DNA from: Acidimicrobiia bacterium
GTDB taxonomy: Bacteria; Actinomycetota; Acidimicrobiia; IMCC26256; PALSA-610
NCBI GenBank assembly: GCA_017882905.1
Contig: JADGOO010000060.1
Span: 7,316 to 71,315 of the forward strand
Length of the DNA: 64,000 nucleotides
Direction of reading: 5' to 3'
The position numbers and the translations under genes are program-made. This document shows positions 54,957-64,000 of the stretch, piece by piece (position 1 is the first letter of the stretch; each line of letters starts with the position of its first letter). The notes under the pieces were generated by a model that did no database searches, was not told where the DNA came from, and saw only the letters and a program-made list of their open reading frames with translations.

Positions 54957-55290
54957 CGCGCGGCGCGTCGGACCACAGGCGCTCGAGCCCGTAGAACTTG
55001 CGGGTCTCGTCGAGGAACACGTGCACGACGAGATCGCCGTAGTCGAGCAGCACCCACGTCGCAGAGTCGAGCCCTTCGACCGCGCGCGGGCGAACATCGG
55101 CCTCGAGCCGGAGCGCCTCTTCGACGGCGTCGACGAGCGTGCGCACGAGCCGCGTGTTCGGAGCACTCATGATCACGAACGCGTCGGTGACCGAGATGAT
55201 GTCACCGACATCGAGCACCACGATGTCGTCGCCCTTCTTGGCGTCGGCGGCTCGGGCGGCGATGCGGGCTCTCGTGTACGCGTCGATCAC
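54934..55290 (-). CDS. rsfS: Ribosome silencing factor
   Basis: AADAKKGDDIVVLDVGDIISVTDAFVIMSAPNTRLVRTLVDAVEE...WVLLDYGDLVVHVFLDETRKFYGLERLW. Confidence 0.93.
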   Translation of the reverse strand: MIDAYTRARIAARAADAKKGDDIVVLDVGDIISVTDAFVIMSAPNTRLVRTLVDAVEEALRLEADVRPRAVEGLDSATWVLLDYGDLVVHVFLDETRKFYGLERLWSDAPRVTIAAAS

Positions 55291-55310
55291 GGCTCCTCGG
55301 GGTTAACGGT

Positions 55311-56477
55311 TCACTGCGGATGGCTCACCACGTAATCGTGGCCGATGACCACGGTCACGTCGACGACGGCGATCGGCGTGTCGCCCTTCGCCACCTTCCC
55401 GACGCCGAGGATGCGAGCGAAGGCTCTCGCCGCAGCCTCGTCGGCGTCGCGGTAGTACACCACGGTGGTGGTGGCCACGCCGAAACCCGGCGTGTTGTCG
55501 GTGAGCAGCACGTTGGCGCCCGCCGGCACGAGCAGCCGGGCAACCCGAGGTGTGACACCCACCGTTCCCACGCCGTTCTGGATCTCGACCCTCGGGCGCC
55601 GTCCCTCGAACGACACGCGAGCGAACGCGAAGTCGTCGGCCACGAGCGTGGCCGCGTCGGCGTCACGGATCTGGAAGCGCTGCTGACCGTCGCCCGAGTC
55701 GATGGAGTCGACCGGCAACGTGTCGAAGCGCGTCTGCGCGGCAGCCGCGCCCACGAGCACACGAGCCGAGGTCGTGAGCTTCAGCATCGACGCCGCGACA
55801 GCCGGACGCGCGTGCACCGCGTCGAACCACGCCGCGAACACCGCTTGCACGGTCACGAGGTGCGACAGCGCACCGTCGGCCTCGTGGGCCAACATCACGC
55901 GTTGCGCTTCGGGTGGACTCATCACCACCGGACCCGCCGCGAAGCTCTCGGAGCCCCTGGCATCGTCGAGGCGGACGCCGGCCGAGAAGTTGACCCGAAG
56001 CGAGCGCACGGGCGCGAGCAGCTTGGCGAGCGAGGCGTCGTTCACCGTGAGCAGGTCGTCGATGCGCACGCCGAGCGCGTTCTCGACCGAGGTCACGAGC
56101 AGGTAGCGATCGGCGTAGAGCGTCACGTCGCGCAACGGGGTGAGGTCGAGCGACGGCACCTGCACGACTGTGGTCGCGGGCACGAAGACCACGCTCGCGG
56201 CGCGGCCACCCGGTTGCAGCGCGAGCAGCACGATCAGATCGGTCTGGCGATGCGCGTCGACATGGGCGAACAGCAAGGTGCGGCCGGCGGCCAGCCGCAC
56301 GAGCGGCACGGTGGTCTTCGTGCTGCTCCCGCTGCGGAACGGCGAGCGCGGCGAGACCGCGAGGCCGGCGATCGTGCCCACGACGAGGGCGACCGCAAGG
56401 ATGACGCCCTGCGCGCGGCGCTCCGTGCCGTTCGGGCGTCGCGTCCGCCGGGGCGCGACGCTCGCGGGGAGTGTCAT
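55311..56477 (-). CDS. LytR_C domain-containing (LCP-like) membrane protein
   Basis: A single N-terminal TM. The C-terminal segment is VEIQNGVGTVGVTPRVARLLVPAGANVLLTDNTPGFGVATTTVVYY. It sits in the conserved position between nadD and rsfS. Confidence 0.7.
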   Translation of the reverse strand: MTLPASVAPRRTRRPNGTERRAQGVILAVALVVGTIAGLAVSPRSPFRSGSSTKTTVPLVRLAAGRTLLFAHVDAHRQTDLIVLLALQPGGRAASVVFVPATTVVQVPSLDLTPLRDVTLYADRYLLVTSVENALGVRIDDLLTVNDASLAKLLAPVRSLRVNFSAGVRLDDARGSESFAAGPVVMSPPEAQRVMLAHEADGALSHLVTVQAVFAAWFDAVHARPAVAASMLKLTTSARVLVGAAAAQTRFDTLPVDSIDSGDGQQRFQIRDADAATLVADDFAFARVSFEGRRPRVEIQNGVGTVGVTPRVARLLVPAGANVLLTDNTPGFGVATTTVVYYRDADEAAARAFARILGVGKVAKGDTPIAVVDVTVVIGHDYVVSHPQ

Positions 56478-57118
56478 CGAGGAGCAGTGTAGAGACGGCG
56501 TTCGCGTACGACGTGGATCGCCGCCGGGGGCATGAGCCCATCGACCGGCTCACCCCGGGCCAGTCGAGTACGGACGTCGGTGCTGCTGATGTCGAGCCGA
56601 GGGATCTCGACTCGCTCGCAGCGCCAGCCTGGGCCCGGTGGCAGCGCCTCCGAATCGCCTTCCCGGTGCACCACCGCGATCACGGCACGGTGCTTGATCT
56701 CGTCGGCTCGCGACCATGAACCGAGGCCCCGCACGGCATCGGCGCCCAGGATCAGCACGAGCTCGCGCTCGGGTTCGGCGAGGGCCTCGAGCGTGTCGGC
56801 GGTGTACGTGGGCCCGGCGCGCTCCACTTCGAGCGAGCACAGGCGCAGCCCGTCGATGCCCTCGATCGCCGCGGCCGCGAGTGCGAGCCGATCGGCGGCG
56901 CACGCATGCACGGCACCCGACTTCTGCCAGGGATCGCCCGCCGGGATCACGAGCACCTCGGCGAGCCCGAGCGCGTGGCGGGCCGACGAGGCGGCCACGA
57001 TGTGGCCGGTGTGGATCGGGTCGAACGTGCCACCGAACACTCCGACGCGCACGGCCACAACACGATCGTAGTGACGCTCCCGCCCCGGGCCGTGACGCCG
57101 GCGAACCCTGCTGTTCAT
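56474..57118 (-). CDS. nadD: Nicotinate-nucleotide adenylyltransferase
   Basis: GVFGGTFDPIHTGHI..., ISSTDVR. ATG at 57118 is used; GTG at 57058 (VAVRVGVFGG) is an equally plausible shorter start. Confidence 0.9.
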   Translation of the reverse strand: MNSRVRRRHGPGRERHYDRVVAVRVGVFGGTFDPIHTGHIVAASSARHALGLAEVLVIPAGDPWQKSGAVHACAADRLALAAAAIEGIDGLRLCSLEVERAGPTYTADTLEALAEPERELVLILGADAVRGLGSWSRADEIKHRAVIAVVHREGDSEALPPGPGWRCERVEIPRLDISSTDVRTRLARGEPVDGLMPPAAIHVVRERRLYTAPR

Positions 57119-57162
57119 CAATCGGCAACACGAGCGGCAGAGATCGGTCGTACGCTGATCAC

Positions 57163-57840
57163 GTGGTCGAAGGTGCCGCCGCGGGCGACGACGCACCGGC
57201 GGGCGTGCCCGTCGTGGTGCGAGTGCTCCTCCCCGACCGTCCGGGTGCCCTCGGCCTCGTGGCGTCGCGCATCGGTGCGCTCGGCGGCGACATCGTGGGC
57301 ATCGACGTGCTCGAGCGCGGCGAGCACCTCGCGATCGACGAGTTCTCCCTCTTGTTGCCCCGTGCCGAGCTCGCACCATTGCTCGTGCGCGAGATCGAGG
57401 AGGTCGACGGCGCGCTCGTGGAAGAGTGCCGAACGGTCCACAGCTTCGGCGATCCGCGCCTCGACGCGCTCGACACGGCCGAGCAGCTCGTAGTCGCTTC
57501 GACCAACAGCGCGCTGCGTGCGCGCCTCGTGGCGCGCACGCGCTCGGAGTTCGGCGCCGACTGGACTGCACTCCTCGTGGGCGAAGACGCGCCCGTGTTC
57601 GACGGCACTGCACCCGCCGCCGAGATGCTGCGTGCACTCGCCGCCGGCACGGGCGCGTCGCCGCTCGTCGCCGAAGGGGTCGCCGGCCCCGACGACCTGA
57701 TGGTGGCCCGCTTGGCGAACGCCGGCGCGGTCCTGCTGGTCGGCCGCGAAGGCCATCCGTTCCGACGCCGCGAGCGCAAGCAGCTCGTGGCGCTCGCCCG
57801 CATCGCCGACCATCTCGAGACTCGCCTCTTGCCCGCATAA
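57163..57840 (+). CDS. ACT domain-containing protein
   Basis: VVVRVLLPDRPGALGLVASRIGALGGDIVGIDVLE is a typical ACT beta-alpha-beta. GTG start at 57163 is inferred. Confidence 0.65.
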   Translation: MVEGAAAGDDAPAGVPVVVRVLLPDRPGALGLVASRIGALGGDIVGIDVLERGEHLAIDEFSLLLPRAELAPLLVREIEEVDGALVEECRTVHSFGDPRLDALDTAEQLVVASTNSALRARLVARTRSEFGADWTALLVGEDAPVFDGTAPAAEMLRALAAGTGASPLVAEGVAGPDDLMVARLANAGAVLLVGREGHPFRRRERKQLVALARIADHLETRLLPA

Positions 57841-57904
57841 CGGCGAATCGCGCGCGGCGCGACCAATTAGGTTGCTCGCAACTGCTGCTTCGAGGAGTCG
57901 TCGC

Positions 57905-60097
57905 ATGCTCGCAGGCTTGGCTCGTTGGTGCTATCGGCGCCGACGCATCGTGGTGATCGCCTGGATCGTCGCACTGGTCGGCATCAGCGTGCTCGGCCAG
58001 GCGGCCGGGGGAACGCTGTTGAAGTCGTTCACGTTGTCGGGAACGGAATCGCAGCGTGCGTTCGACGTGCTCGGCAAAGAGTTCGGCCGCAAGGGCGACA
58101 CCGGCGACCTCGTGTACGAGGTACGAAGTCGCGGCACGGTGAACGACGAACACGTGCGCACCGCAGTGAACGCGATCGTCGCGCAGATCCGCAGACAACC
58201 CCACGTGGTGTCGGTCACCACCCCCTACGACCAGGGTGGCGCGCGCTTCATCGCACGCAACGGCGCGATCGCCTACGCCGAGATCCTCTTCGACGTGCAG
58301 GCGAACGACGTACCGATGTCGGTGGGGACGAACATGCGCTCCATCGCGCAGCACGCGAACACGGCGGATCTCAAGGTCGAGCTGGGCGGAACGATGTTCG
58401 CCGATCAGACCCAGCCGGCGAGCGAGCTCATCGGTGTGCTCGCCGCGGTCGTGATCCTGCTCCTCGCGTTCGGATCATTGCTCGCCATGGGTCTTCCGAT
58501 CGTGACCGCTCTGTTCGGCATCGGCATCGGGCTCGCCGGCGTCAACCTGCTCGCGCGCGTGCTCGACGTCCCGGTGTTCGCGCCGCAGGTCACCGCGATG
58601 ATCGGCATCGGTGTCGGCATCGACTACGCCCTGTTCATCAGCACGCGCTACCGCGAGGCGTTGCACGACGGCGCCGATCCCGAGTCGGCCGTCGTGCACG
58701 CGATCGACACGAGTGGGCGCGCGGTGCTGTTCGCGGGCGGCACGGTCGTGATCTCGGTGCTCGGCCTGTTCCTCGTGGGCGTGTCGTTCATCCGCGGCAT
58801 GGCGATCGGCGCTTCGCTCGCGGTGCTCTTCGTGATGGCGGCCGCCGTCACCTTGCTCCCGGCGATCCTCGGCTTCGTGGGCCACACGATCGACCGCCTC
58901 AGCCTTCCCAGCGCCCGCAAGGCACGCGCCACGGATCACAGCTTCTGGGAGCGCTGGAGCCGCACGATCCAACGGCGACCGGCGCCCGTGGCGGTGTGCG
59001 GCCTGCTCGTGCTCGTCGTGCTGGCAGTACCCGTGTTCTCACTGCGCCTCGGCATCGCCGACGCCGGCAACGATCCCACAGCGCACACCACCCGCCGCGC
59101 CTACGACCTGCTGAGCACCGGGTTCGGGCCGGGATTCAACGGTCCGCTGCTCCTCGCGAGCGAAGCGCACAGCGCGGCCGACATCAGCGCGATGGCGCGT
59201 CTCGGCCGGGCGATCCAGCGCGATCCTGGCGTCGCGGCCGTGAGCCCGCCGATCCCGAGCAGCAACGGCAAGGGCGTGCTGTTGCAGGTGGTCTCGAAGG
59301 CGTCGCCGCAGGACAAGGCCACCACGCAGCTCGTCCACCGGCTGCGCGGCGACGTGATCCCGCACAGCACCGCCGGTTCGGCGCTCGCGGTGCATGTCGG
59401 CGGCCAGACCGCGATCGGCGTGGATCTGGCCGACACGCTCGGCCAACGCCTGCCCTTCGTGTTCATCGCGATCCTCGTGTTGAGCTTCGTGTTGCTGATG
59501 CTCGTGTTCCGATCGCTGCTCGTGCCGCTCAAGGCCGTCATCATGAACCTGCTGTCGATCGGCGCGGCCTACGGCGTGGTCGTGGCGATCTTCCAGTGGG
59601 GCTGGATGCGCAACATCGTCGGTATCGGCAAGGAGGGCCCCATCGAAGCCTGGGTGCCAATGATGCTGTTCGCCATCGTCTTCGGTCTCTCCATGGACTA
59701 CGAGGTCTTCTTGCTGAGCCGCATCAAAGAGGAGTACGACCGCACGCGCGACAACGGTGCCGCGGTCGCGCACGGCTTGGCCAAGACCGCACGCCTGATC
59801 ACGGCGGCCGCCGCGATCATGATCTGCGTGTTCGGCAGCTTCGTGCTCTCCGACCTGCGAGTGTTGAAGCTCTTGGGCTTCGGTCTCTCGTTCGCGGTGC
59901 TGATCGACGCCACCGTCGTGCGGCTCGTGCTCGTGCCGGCCACCATGGAGCTGCTCGGCGATCGCAACTGGTGGTTCCCGAAGGCGCTCGAGTGGCTGCC
60001 CCGCGTGCATGTGGAAGGGGCGGAGCTCCACCCGCATCTCGACAGCCCGAACGGCATTCCGAGCGTTCGGGACGACGAATCGGTGAGCGCGCGCTAG
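57905..60097 (+). CDS. MMPL family (RND superfamily) transporter
   Basis: MLAGLARWCYRRRRIVVIAWIV.... Two 6-TM bundles with motifs GIGIDYALFISTRYRE and GLSMDYEVFLLSRIKEE. ATG at 57905 is preferred over TTG at 57872. Confidence 0.92.
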   Translation: MLAGLARWCYRRRRIVVIAWIVALVGISVLGQAAGGTLLKSFTLSGTESQRAFDVLGKEFGRKGDTGDLVYEVRSRGTVNDEHVRTAVNAIVAQIRRQPHVVSVTTPYDQGGARFIARNGAIAYAEILFDVQANDVPMSVGTNMRSIAQHANTADLKVELGGTMFADQTQPASELIGVLAAVVILLLAFGSLLAMGLPIVTALFGIGIGLAGVNLLARVLDVPVFAPQVTAMIGIGVGIDYALFISTRYREALHDGADPESAVVHAIDTSGRAVLFAGGTVVISVLGLFLVGVSFIRGMAIGASLAVLFVMAAAVTLLPAILGFVGHTIDRLSLPSARKARATDHSFWERWSRTIQRRPAPVAVCGLLVLVVLAVPVFSLRLGIADAGNDPTAHTTRRAYDLLSTGFGPGFNGPLLLASEAHSAADISAMARLGRAIQRDPGVAAVSPPIPSSNGKGVLLQVVSKASPQDKATTQLVHRLRGDVIPHSTAGSALAVHVGGQTAIGVDLADTLGQRLPFVFIAILVLSFVLLMLVFRSLLVPLKAVIMNLLSIGAAYGVVVAIFQWGWMRNIVGIGKEGPIEAWVPMMLFAIVFGLSMDYEVFLLSRIKEEYDRTRDNGAAVAHGLAKTARLITAAAAIMICVFGSFVLSDLRVLKLLGFGLSFAVLIDATVVRLVLVPATMELLGDRNWWFPKALEWLPRVHVEGAELHPHLDSPNGIPSVRDDESVSAR

Positions 60098-61101
60098 GCG
60101 CGCTTGGCGCGCCGCTCGGCGCGGTCCTGCTGCTTCACAACACGGCCGCGCGCCTCGGCCTCGTCGTCGAGACGATCGAGCTCGTCGGCCAGACGGCGCC
60201 AGTGCGCGAGGCGTTCGGCGTCGATCACGCCGCGCACCGCACAGCCGGGTTCGTGATCGTGCGTGCAGTCGGAGAAGCGGCACTGACGGGCAAGCTCCTC
60301 GATGTCGGCGAAGGCGAGCGCGAGGCCCTCGTCGCTGCGCCAGAGCCCGACACTGCGCAGGCCGGGCGTGTCGACGAGCACACCGCCTCCCGGCAGGACG
60401 AACAGCGCACGCGCGACCGTGGTGTGACGGCCCCGGCCGTCGGTTTCGCGGGTCGCCTTCGTCGCCTGCACCTCCGACCCGAGCAACGCGTTCACGAGCG
60501 TCGATTTGCCCACGCCCGATGCGCCGATGAACGCCAGCGTGCGGTGAGGACGGCCGTACGCGGCGAGCTGGTCGATGCCGAGGTCGGTGCGCGCGCTCGT
60601 CACGACGACATCGACGTGCGGCGCGCTGGGCGTGAGCACGCGACGCGCCGCCTCCGCGCCGTCGACCGCGAGATCGGCCTTGTTGATGACCAGCACAGGC
60701 ACGGCACCGCTCTGCCAGGCGAGCACGAGCTCGCGCTCGAGTCGGCGCGCGTTCGGCTCCGCGTCGCCGGCGTGCACGACGAACACGACGTCGATGTTCG
60801 CCGCCACCACCTGCGCCTGCATGCGATCGATGTCGCCGCGCAGGAACTCAGAGCGCCGCGCCAACAGTGCGGTGATGACATCATCGTGGGCGTCGACGGC
60901 CACCCAGTCACCGATCGTCGGGCGGTCGATCGGATCCTTGCGGTCCTTGAGCTCGCCGGCCAACGACATCGGTTGCTCTCCGTCGCCGGTGACGACGAGG
61001 TACACACCACGGTCGATGCGCGTGATGCGACCGACGCGCGCGTCGTCGGCATCCACACCGGCGCCGATCGATTCGTCCCAGCCGTAGTCGAGCAAGTCCA
61101 C
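60094..61101 (-). CDS. rsgA: Ribosome small-subunit-dependent GTPase A
   Basis: Circularly permuted GTPase: VINKADL (G4) precedes GASGVGKSTLVNAL (G1) and DTPG (G3). C-terminal zinc motif CRFSDCTHDHEPGC. GTG start at 61101. Confidence 0.9.
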   Translation of the reverse strand: MDLLDYGWDESIGAGVDADDARVGRITRIDRGVYLVVTGDGEQPMSLAGELKDRKDPIDRPTIGDWVAVDAHDDVITALLARRSEFLRGDIDRMQAQVVAANIDVVFVVHAGDAEPNARRLERELVLAWQSGAVPVLVINKADLAVDGAEAARRVLTPSAPHVDVVVTSARTDLGIDQLAAYGRPHRTLAFIGASGVGKSTLVNALLGSEVQATKATRETDGRGRHTTVARALFVLPGGGVLVDTPGLRSVGLWRSDEGLALAFADIEELARQCRFSDCTHDHEPGCAVRGVIDAERLAHWRRLADELDRLDDEAEARGRVVKQQDRAERRAKRA

Positions 61102-61172
61102 TCGCGCCGAGCGTAGAACCCTCAGCCGAGCGCCACCGCCCGCAGGGCGCGAGCGCAGGCGAGCGGGGTGAA

Positions 61173-62660
61173 CTACGTCTGGTCGACGACGGCGGTGACG
61201 AACCGCTGGAGCTGGCGCAGGTTGCGGCATTCGAACACGCCGTCGCAGTGCTTCGCGTATTCCGACACGATGGAGTCGCCGGTGTCCCAGTAGCCACGCG
61301 GCTCGGGATCGAGCCAGTAGAGGCGCCGGGCCCGGTCGCGGATCTCCTTCAACGTCCAGGCCTGCGGCGCGTGGTAGTTGTTGCGCGCGTCGCCGAGGAT
61401 GATCACCGACGACTTCTTGGTGACCTCGGTGACGTGCTGCTTGTGCCACACCTCGAAGGCGTGGCCGTAATCGGAGTGGCCGTCGACCCACACCACGTCG
61501 GCTTCCGTGTTCACCCGGTGCACGGCTTCTTGGATGTCGTCGGAGTCTTCGAAGAACCGAGTCACCTCGTCGACGCCGTCGATGAACACCCACGACCGCA
61601 CGCGCGAGAACTCGCTCTGCATCGCGTACACGAACTGCAGGGTGAAGCGGGCGAAGCTGGCGACCGAACCCGAGATGTCGGCGATCACCATGATCTCCGG
61701 CTTGTGCGGTCGCGGGTGTTTGAACTTCGGCTCCACGGGCACGCCGCCGTAGCTCAACGAGTGGCGCACGGTCTGGCGAAAGTCGAGCGTGCCGCGGTTG
61801 CGACGCCGGCGGCGCTGGGCGAGACGCGCCGCGAGCGCACGCGTGAGCGGGTAGATCGACTTCTGGAGCTGCTGCATCTCCTCGCGGCTCGCGTGCATGA
61901 AGTCGACGTCTTCGGGCAACGGCTTGCGCAGTGTGCGCGCCATCGCCTCCACCCCACGATCGGCCACGAGACGCTTGCGGATCTCGGTTTCGATCATCTC
62001 CTTGAGCACCTTGAGCCGGGCCTCGAAGTCTTCCTTGGCGAGACGCTCGTCGTAGGCGCCTTCGCCGATCTCGCCGGCATCCTGGGCTTGTTGGAGCATC
62101 TTCGAGACGAGGCCGTCGGCATCGAGCTGCCGCAGGGTGCGGTACAGGTAGTACGCACCGCCTACGGGCCGCCCCGGTTCCATACCCGCGAAGCGCGTGA
62201 CGGCCGCGGCCGCGAGCTGGCGCATCTGCTCGCGGTCCATGTTCATGAGCGCTTGCATGAGCATCTTGGCGAGCTCTTCGTTCGACACGTCGCCGAAGGC
62301 GCCGCCGCCTTCCATGGCCTGCATCATCTGCTCGAGGCTCATCTCCGACGCGTCGCCGTCGGCGCCTTCGCCGTCGCCCGCCTGCACGCCGGCCGAGTAC
62401 AGCGAGAAGTACACGTCGAAGACGGTCTCGAAGACCTTGTAGTGGCCGTGGTGCTTCACGAGCGTGGACGCGAGCGCAGCCTTCAACGATTCGCGGTCGT
62501 CGAGCGGGATGTACTCGACGGCGCGCATCGCATCGAGGTTCTCGGTCATGCTCACGGGCAGGCCGGCCGCGCGTAGCTCGTGCACGAAGCCTTGGAAGGC
62601 GTCGAACAGCGTGCGCGCGTCACCTGCTGTGGTCATGGGTTTCGGACCCCATTCCGCCAT
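61173..62660 (-). CDS. VWA domain-containing CoxE-like protein
   Basis: Helical, Met/Glu-rich N-terminal half. C-terminal VWA with MIDAS IMVIADISGSV and WVDGHSDYG...IILGDARNN. Partner of the upstream MoxR ATPase. Confidence 0.85.
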   Translation of the reverse strand: MAEWGPKPMTTAGDARTLFDAFQGFVHELRAAGLPVSMTENLDAMRAVEYIPLDDRESLKAALASTLVKHHGHYKVFETVFDVYFSLYSAGVQAGDGEGADGDASEMSLEQMMQAMEGGGAFGDVSNEELAKMLMQALMNMDREQMRQLAAAAVTRFAGMEPGRPVGGAYYLYRTLRQLDADGLVSKMLQQAQDAGEIGEGAYDERLAKEDFEARLKVLKEMIETEIRKRLVADRGVEAMARTLRKPLPEDVDFMHASREEMQQLQKSIYPLTRALAARLAQRRRRRNRGTLDFRQTVRHSLSYGGVPVEPKFKHPRPHKPEIMVIADISGSVASFARFTLQFVYAMQSEFSRVRSWVFIDGVDEVTRFFEDSDDIQEAVHRVNTEADVVWVDGHSDYGHAFEVWHKQHVTEVTKKSSVIILGDARNNYHAPQAWTLKEIRDRARRLYWLDPEPRGYWDTGDSIVSEYAKHCDGVFECRNLRQLQRFVTAVVDQT

Positions 62661-62689
62661 CGCGCCGGTGAGCTTCGCGGCATTGACCA

Positions 62690-63598
62690 CTACCTGGACG
62701 CGGTGCCGCGCAGTGGCGACGGGTTGCCGTCGACACCCAGCTCCTTGCGGGCCTTTTGGATGTCGCCCTGGTACTTCAACAGCACGTGGAGCGTCTCGCC
62801 GATCGTCTCGGGATCGATCTCGTGACGACCGAGGTAGAGCAGCGTGCGCGCCCAGTCGATCGTCTCGGAGATCGACGGCGCCTTCTTGATGTCGAGCGCG
62901 CGCAACGAGCCGACGACGCGCGCGATCTGCGAGGCGAGCTCGGCGTCGATCTCGGGCACACGCACCCGCACGATCTCTTCTTCGCGTTCGAGCGTGGGGT
63001 AGTCGACATGCAGGTAGAGGCAACGCCGCTTGAGTGCCTCGGACAGCTCGCGGGTGTTGTTCGACGTGAGGAACACGATCGGGCGCACCGGCAGCGAGCT
63101 CTCGATCGTGCCGAGCTCCGGGATCGACACCTGGAAGTCGGAGAGCACTTCGAGCAGCAGGGCCTCGGTCTCGATCTCGAGGCGGTCGACCTCGTCGATG
63201 AGCAACACGACGGGGTCGGTGGACCGGATCGCTTCGAGCAACGGCCTCGTGAGGAGGAACTCCTCGGAGAAGATGTCGCTCTCGACGGTGTTCCAGTCGC
63301 GCTCGGCTTCGCGGTCGACCTGGATCCGCAGGAGCTGCTTCTTGTAGTTCCACTCATAGAGCGCCTTGGCCTCGTCGAGGCCTTCGTAGCACTGCAGGCG
63401 GATGAGGCGGCTGCCGCTGATCGAAGCGACCGCCTTGGCGAGCTCGGTCTTGCCCACACCGGCCGGGCCCTCCACGAGCACCGGCTTCTCGAGCTTGTCG
63501 GCGAGGTACACGACACCCGCGATGCCGGTGTCGGCGAGGTAGTCGACGCCCCGCAGGCGCTCGATCACGTCGGCAACGGACTTGAAGCGGTCGGCCAT
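62690..63598 (-). CDS. MoxR-family AAA+ ATPase (CoxD-like)
   Basis: Walker A VLVEGPAGVGKTELAKA, Walker B VLLIDEVDR, sensor TSNNTRE. Confidence 0.92.
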   Translation of the reverse strand: MADRFKSVADVIERLRGVDYLADTGIAGVVYLADKLEKPVLVEGPAGVGKTELAKAVASISGSRLIRLQCYEGLDEAKALYEWNYKKQLLRIQVDREAERDWNTVESDIFSEEFLLTRPLLEAIRSTDPVVLLIDEVDRLEIETEALLLEVLSDFQVSIPELGTIESSLPVRPIVFLTSNNTRELSEALKRRCLYLHVDYPTLEREEEIVRVRVPEIDAELASQIARVVGSLRALDIKKAPSISETIDWARTLLYLGRHEIDPETIGETLHVLLKYQGDIQKARKELGVDGNPSPLRGTASR

Positions 63599-64000
63599 CA
63601 GCCTCGGACCTGCCCTTCACCCCAGATGAGGTACTTGTACGTGGTGAGCTCGCGTAGGCCCATCGGGCCGCGCGCATGGAGCTTTTGCGTCGAGATCCCG
63701 ATCTCCGCGCCGAAGCCGAACTCTTCGCCGTCGGTGAAGCGCGTGCTCGCGTTCACCACGACGGCGGCCGAGTCGACTTCGTTCATGAAACGGCGCGCGG
63801 CATCGAGGTCGCGTGTGAGGATCGCCTCGGTGTGACCGGTGCCGTAGCGGTTGACGTGGTCGATCGCGGCGTCGAGCGTGGGTACCACCGCGACGCTCAT
63901 CTTCAGATCGAGGAACTCGCGACCGAAGTCGTCGTCGGTGGCCGGCGCGATGTGGGCGCTGCGGGCTTGCGACGCGGCGTCGCCGACGAGCTCGACGTTG
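63598..64000 (-). CDS. proA: Glutamate-5-semialdehyde dehydrogenase (gamma-glutamyl phosphate reductase), C-terminal part; N-terminus outside window
   Basis: [20 protein letters not shown]...[42 protein letters not shown]. The reading frame stays open to 64000. Confidence 0.9.
   Translation of the reverse strand, partial: NVELVGDAASQARSAHIAPATDDDFGREFLDLKMSVAVVPTLDAAIDHVNRYGTGHTEAILTRDLDAARRFMNEVDSAAVVVNASTRFTDGEEFGFGAEIGISTQKLHARGPMGLRELTTYKYLIWGEGQVRG

Noticed and set aside
57925-61116. 1063-aa plus-strand ORF spanning the MMPL and rsgA genes
   Set aside because: It is out of frame with the MMPL gene, whose frame shows 12 TM segments and MMPL motifs, and antisense to rsgA, which has G1, G3 and G4 motifs. 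Its composition is RGH-rich.
1-64000. Window-wide look for CRISPR arrays, rRNA, IS elements, integrases, phage genes and toxin-antitoxin pairs
   Set aside because: Reading the sequence and the ORF track revealed no regularly spaced direct repeats, no transposase, integrase or recombinase motifs, no terminal inverted repeats flanking the accessory modules, and no rRNA-like segments.

Overview
This is a high-GC (roughly 70%) chromosomal segment that looks actinobacterial. The taxonomic markers are two mycothiol-dependent maleylpyruvate-isomerase/DinB-like genes, two F420-type luciferase-like oxidoreductases, an MMPL transporter, a CadI homologue, many 4-nt ATGA or 1-nt TGATG coupled gene junctions, and apparently leaderless promoters. 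I call about 64 protein-coding genes, densely packed on both strands. I recognised no rRNA, tRNA, CRISPR array, transposase or integrase. Gene content is mostly housekeeping and metabolic: proA, nadD, rsfS, rsgA, adenine deaminase, oxidoreductases and transporters. Four compact accessory modules stand out. (1) An arsenic/cadmium module at 12.5-14.6 kb has arsR divergent from cadI/arsI, a MIP channel and arsC, with a large nested palindrome between them. (2) A three-gene formate dehydrogenase operon at 41.6-46.7 kb has an alpha subunit that the ORF track splits at an in-frame TGA; I read this as selenocysteine, with a hairpin just downstream. (3) A znuA-znuC-znuB-zur operon at 46.8-49.8 kb sits behind a perfect 8-1-8 Zur-box palindrome. 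(4) A PadR plus membrane-sensor pair lies next to a ferritin-like protein and a 429-aa unknown protein at 8-11 kb. Other notable items are a 1121-aa secreted cohesin/dockerin/beta-helix/PKD protein, a KstR-type operator upstream of a nitronate-monooxygenase-family gene, an in-frame TAG upstream of a hybrid histidine kinase, and a 15-bp tandem repeat in a 349-bp divergent intergenic region. I did not find a clearly novel multi-gene system. The most unexplained loci are flagged with moderate interest scores. All calls come from reading the translated ORFs and the raw sequence; no database search was possible, so family names are recollections of motifs. Start codons are inferred and may be off by a few codons.
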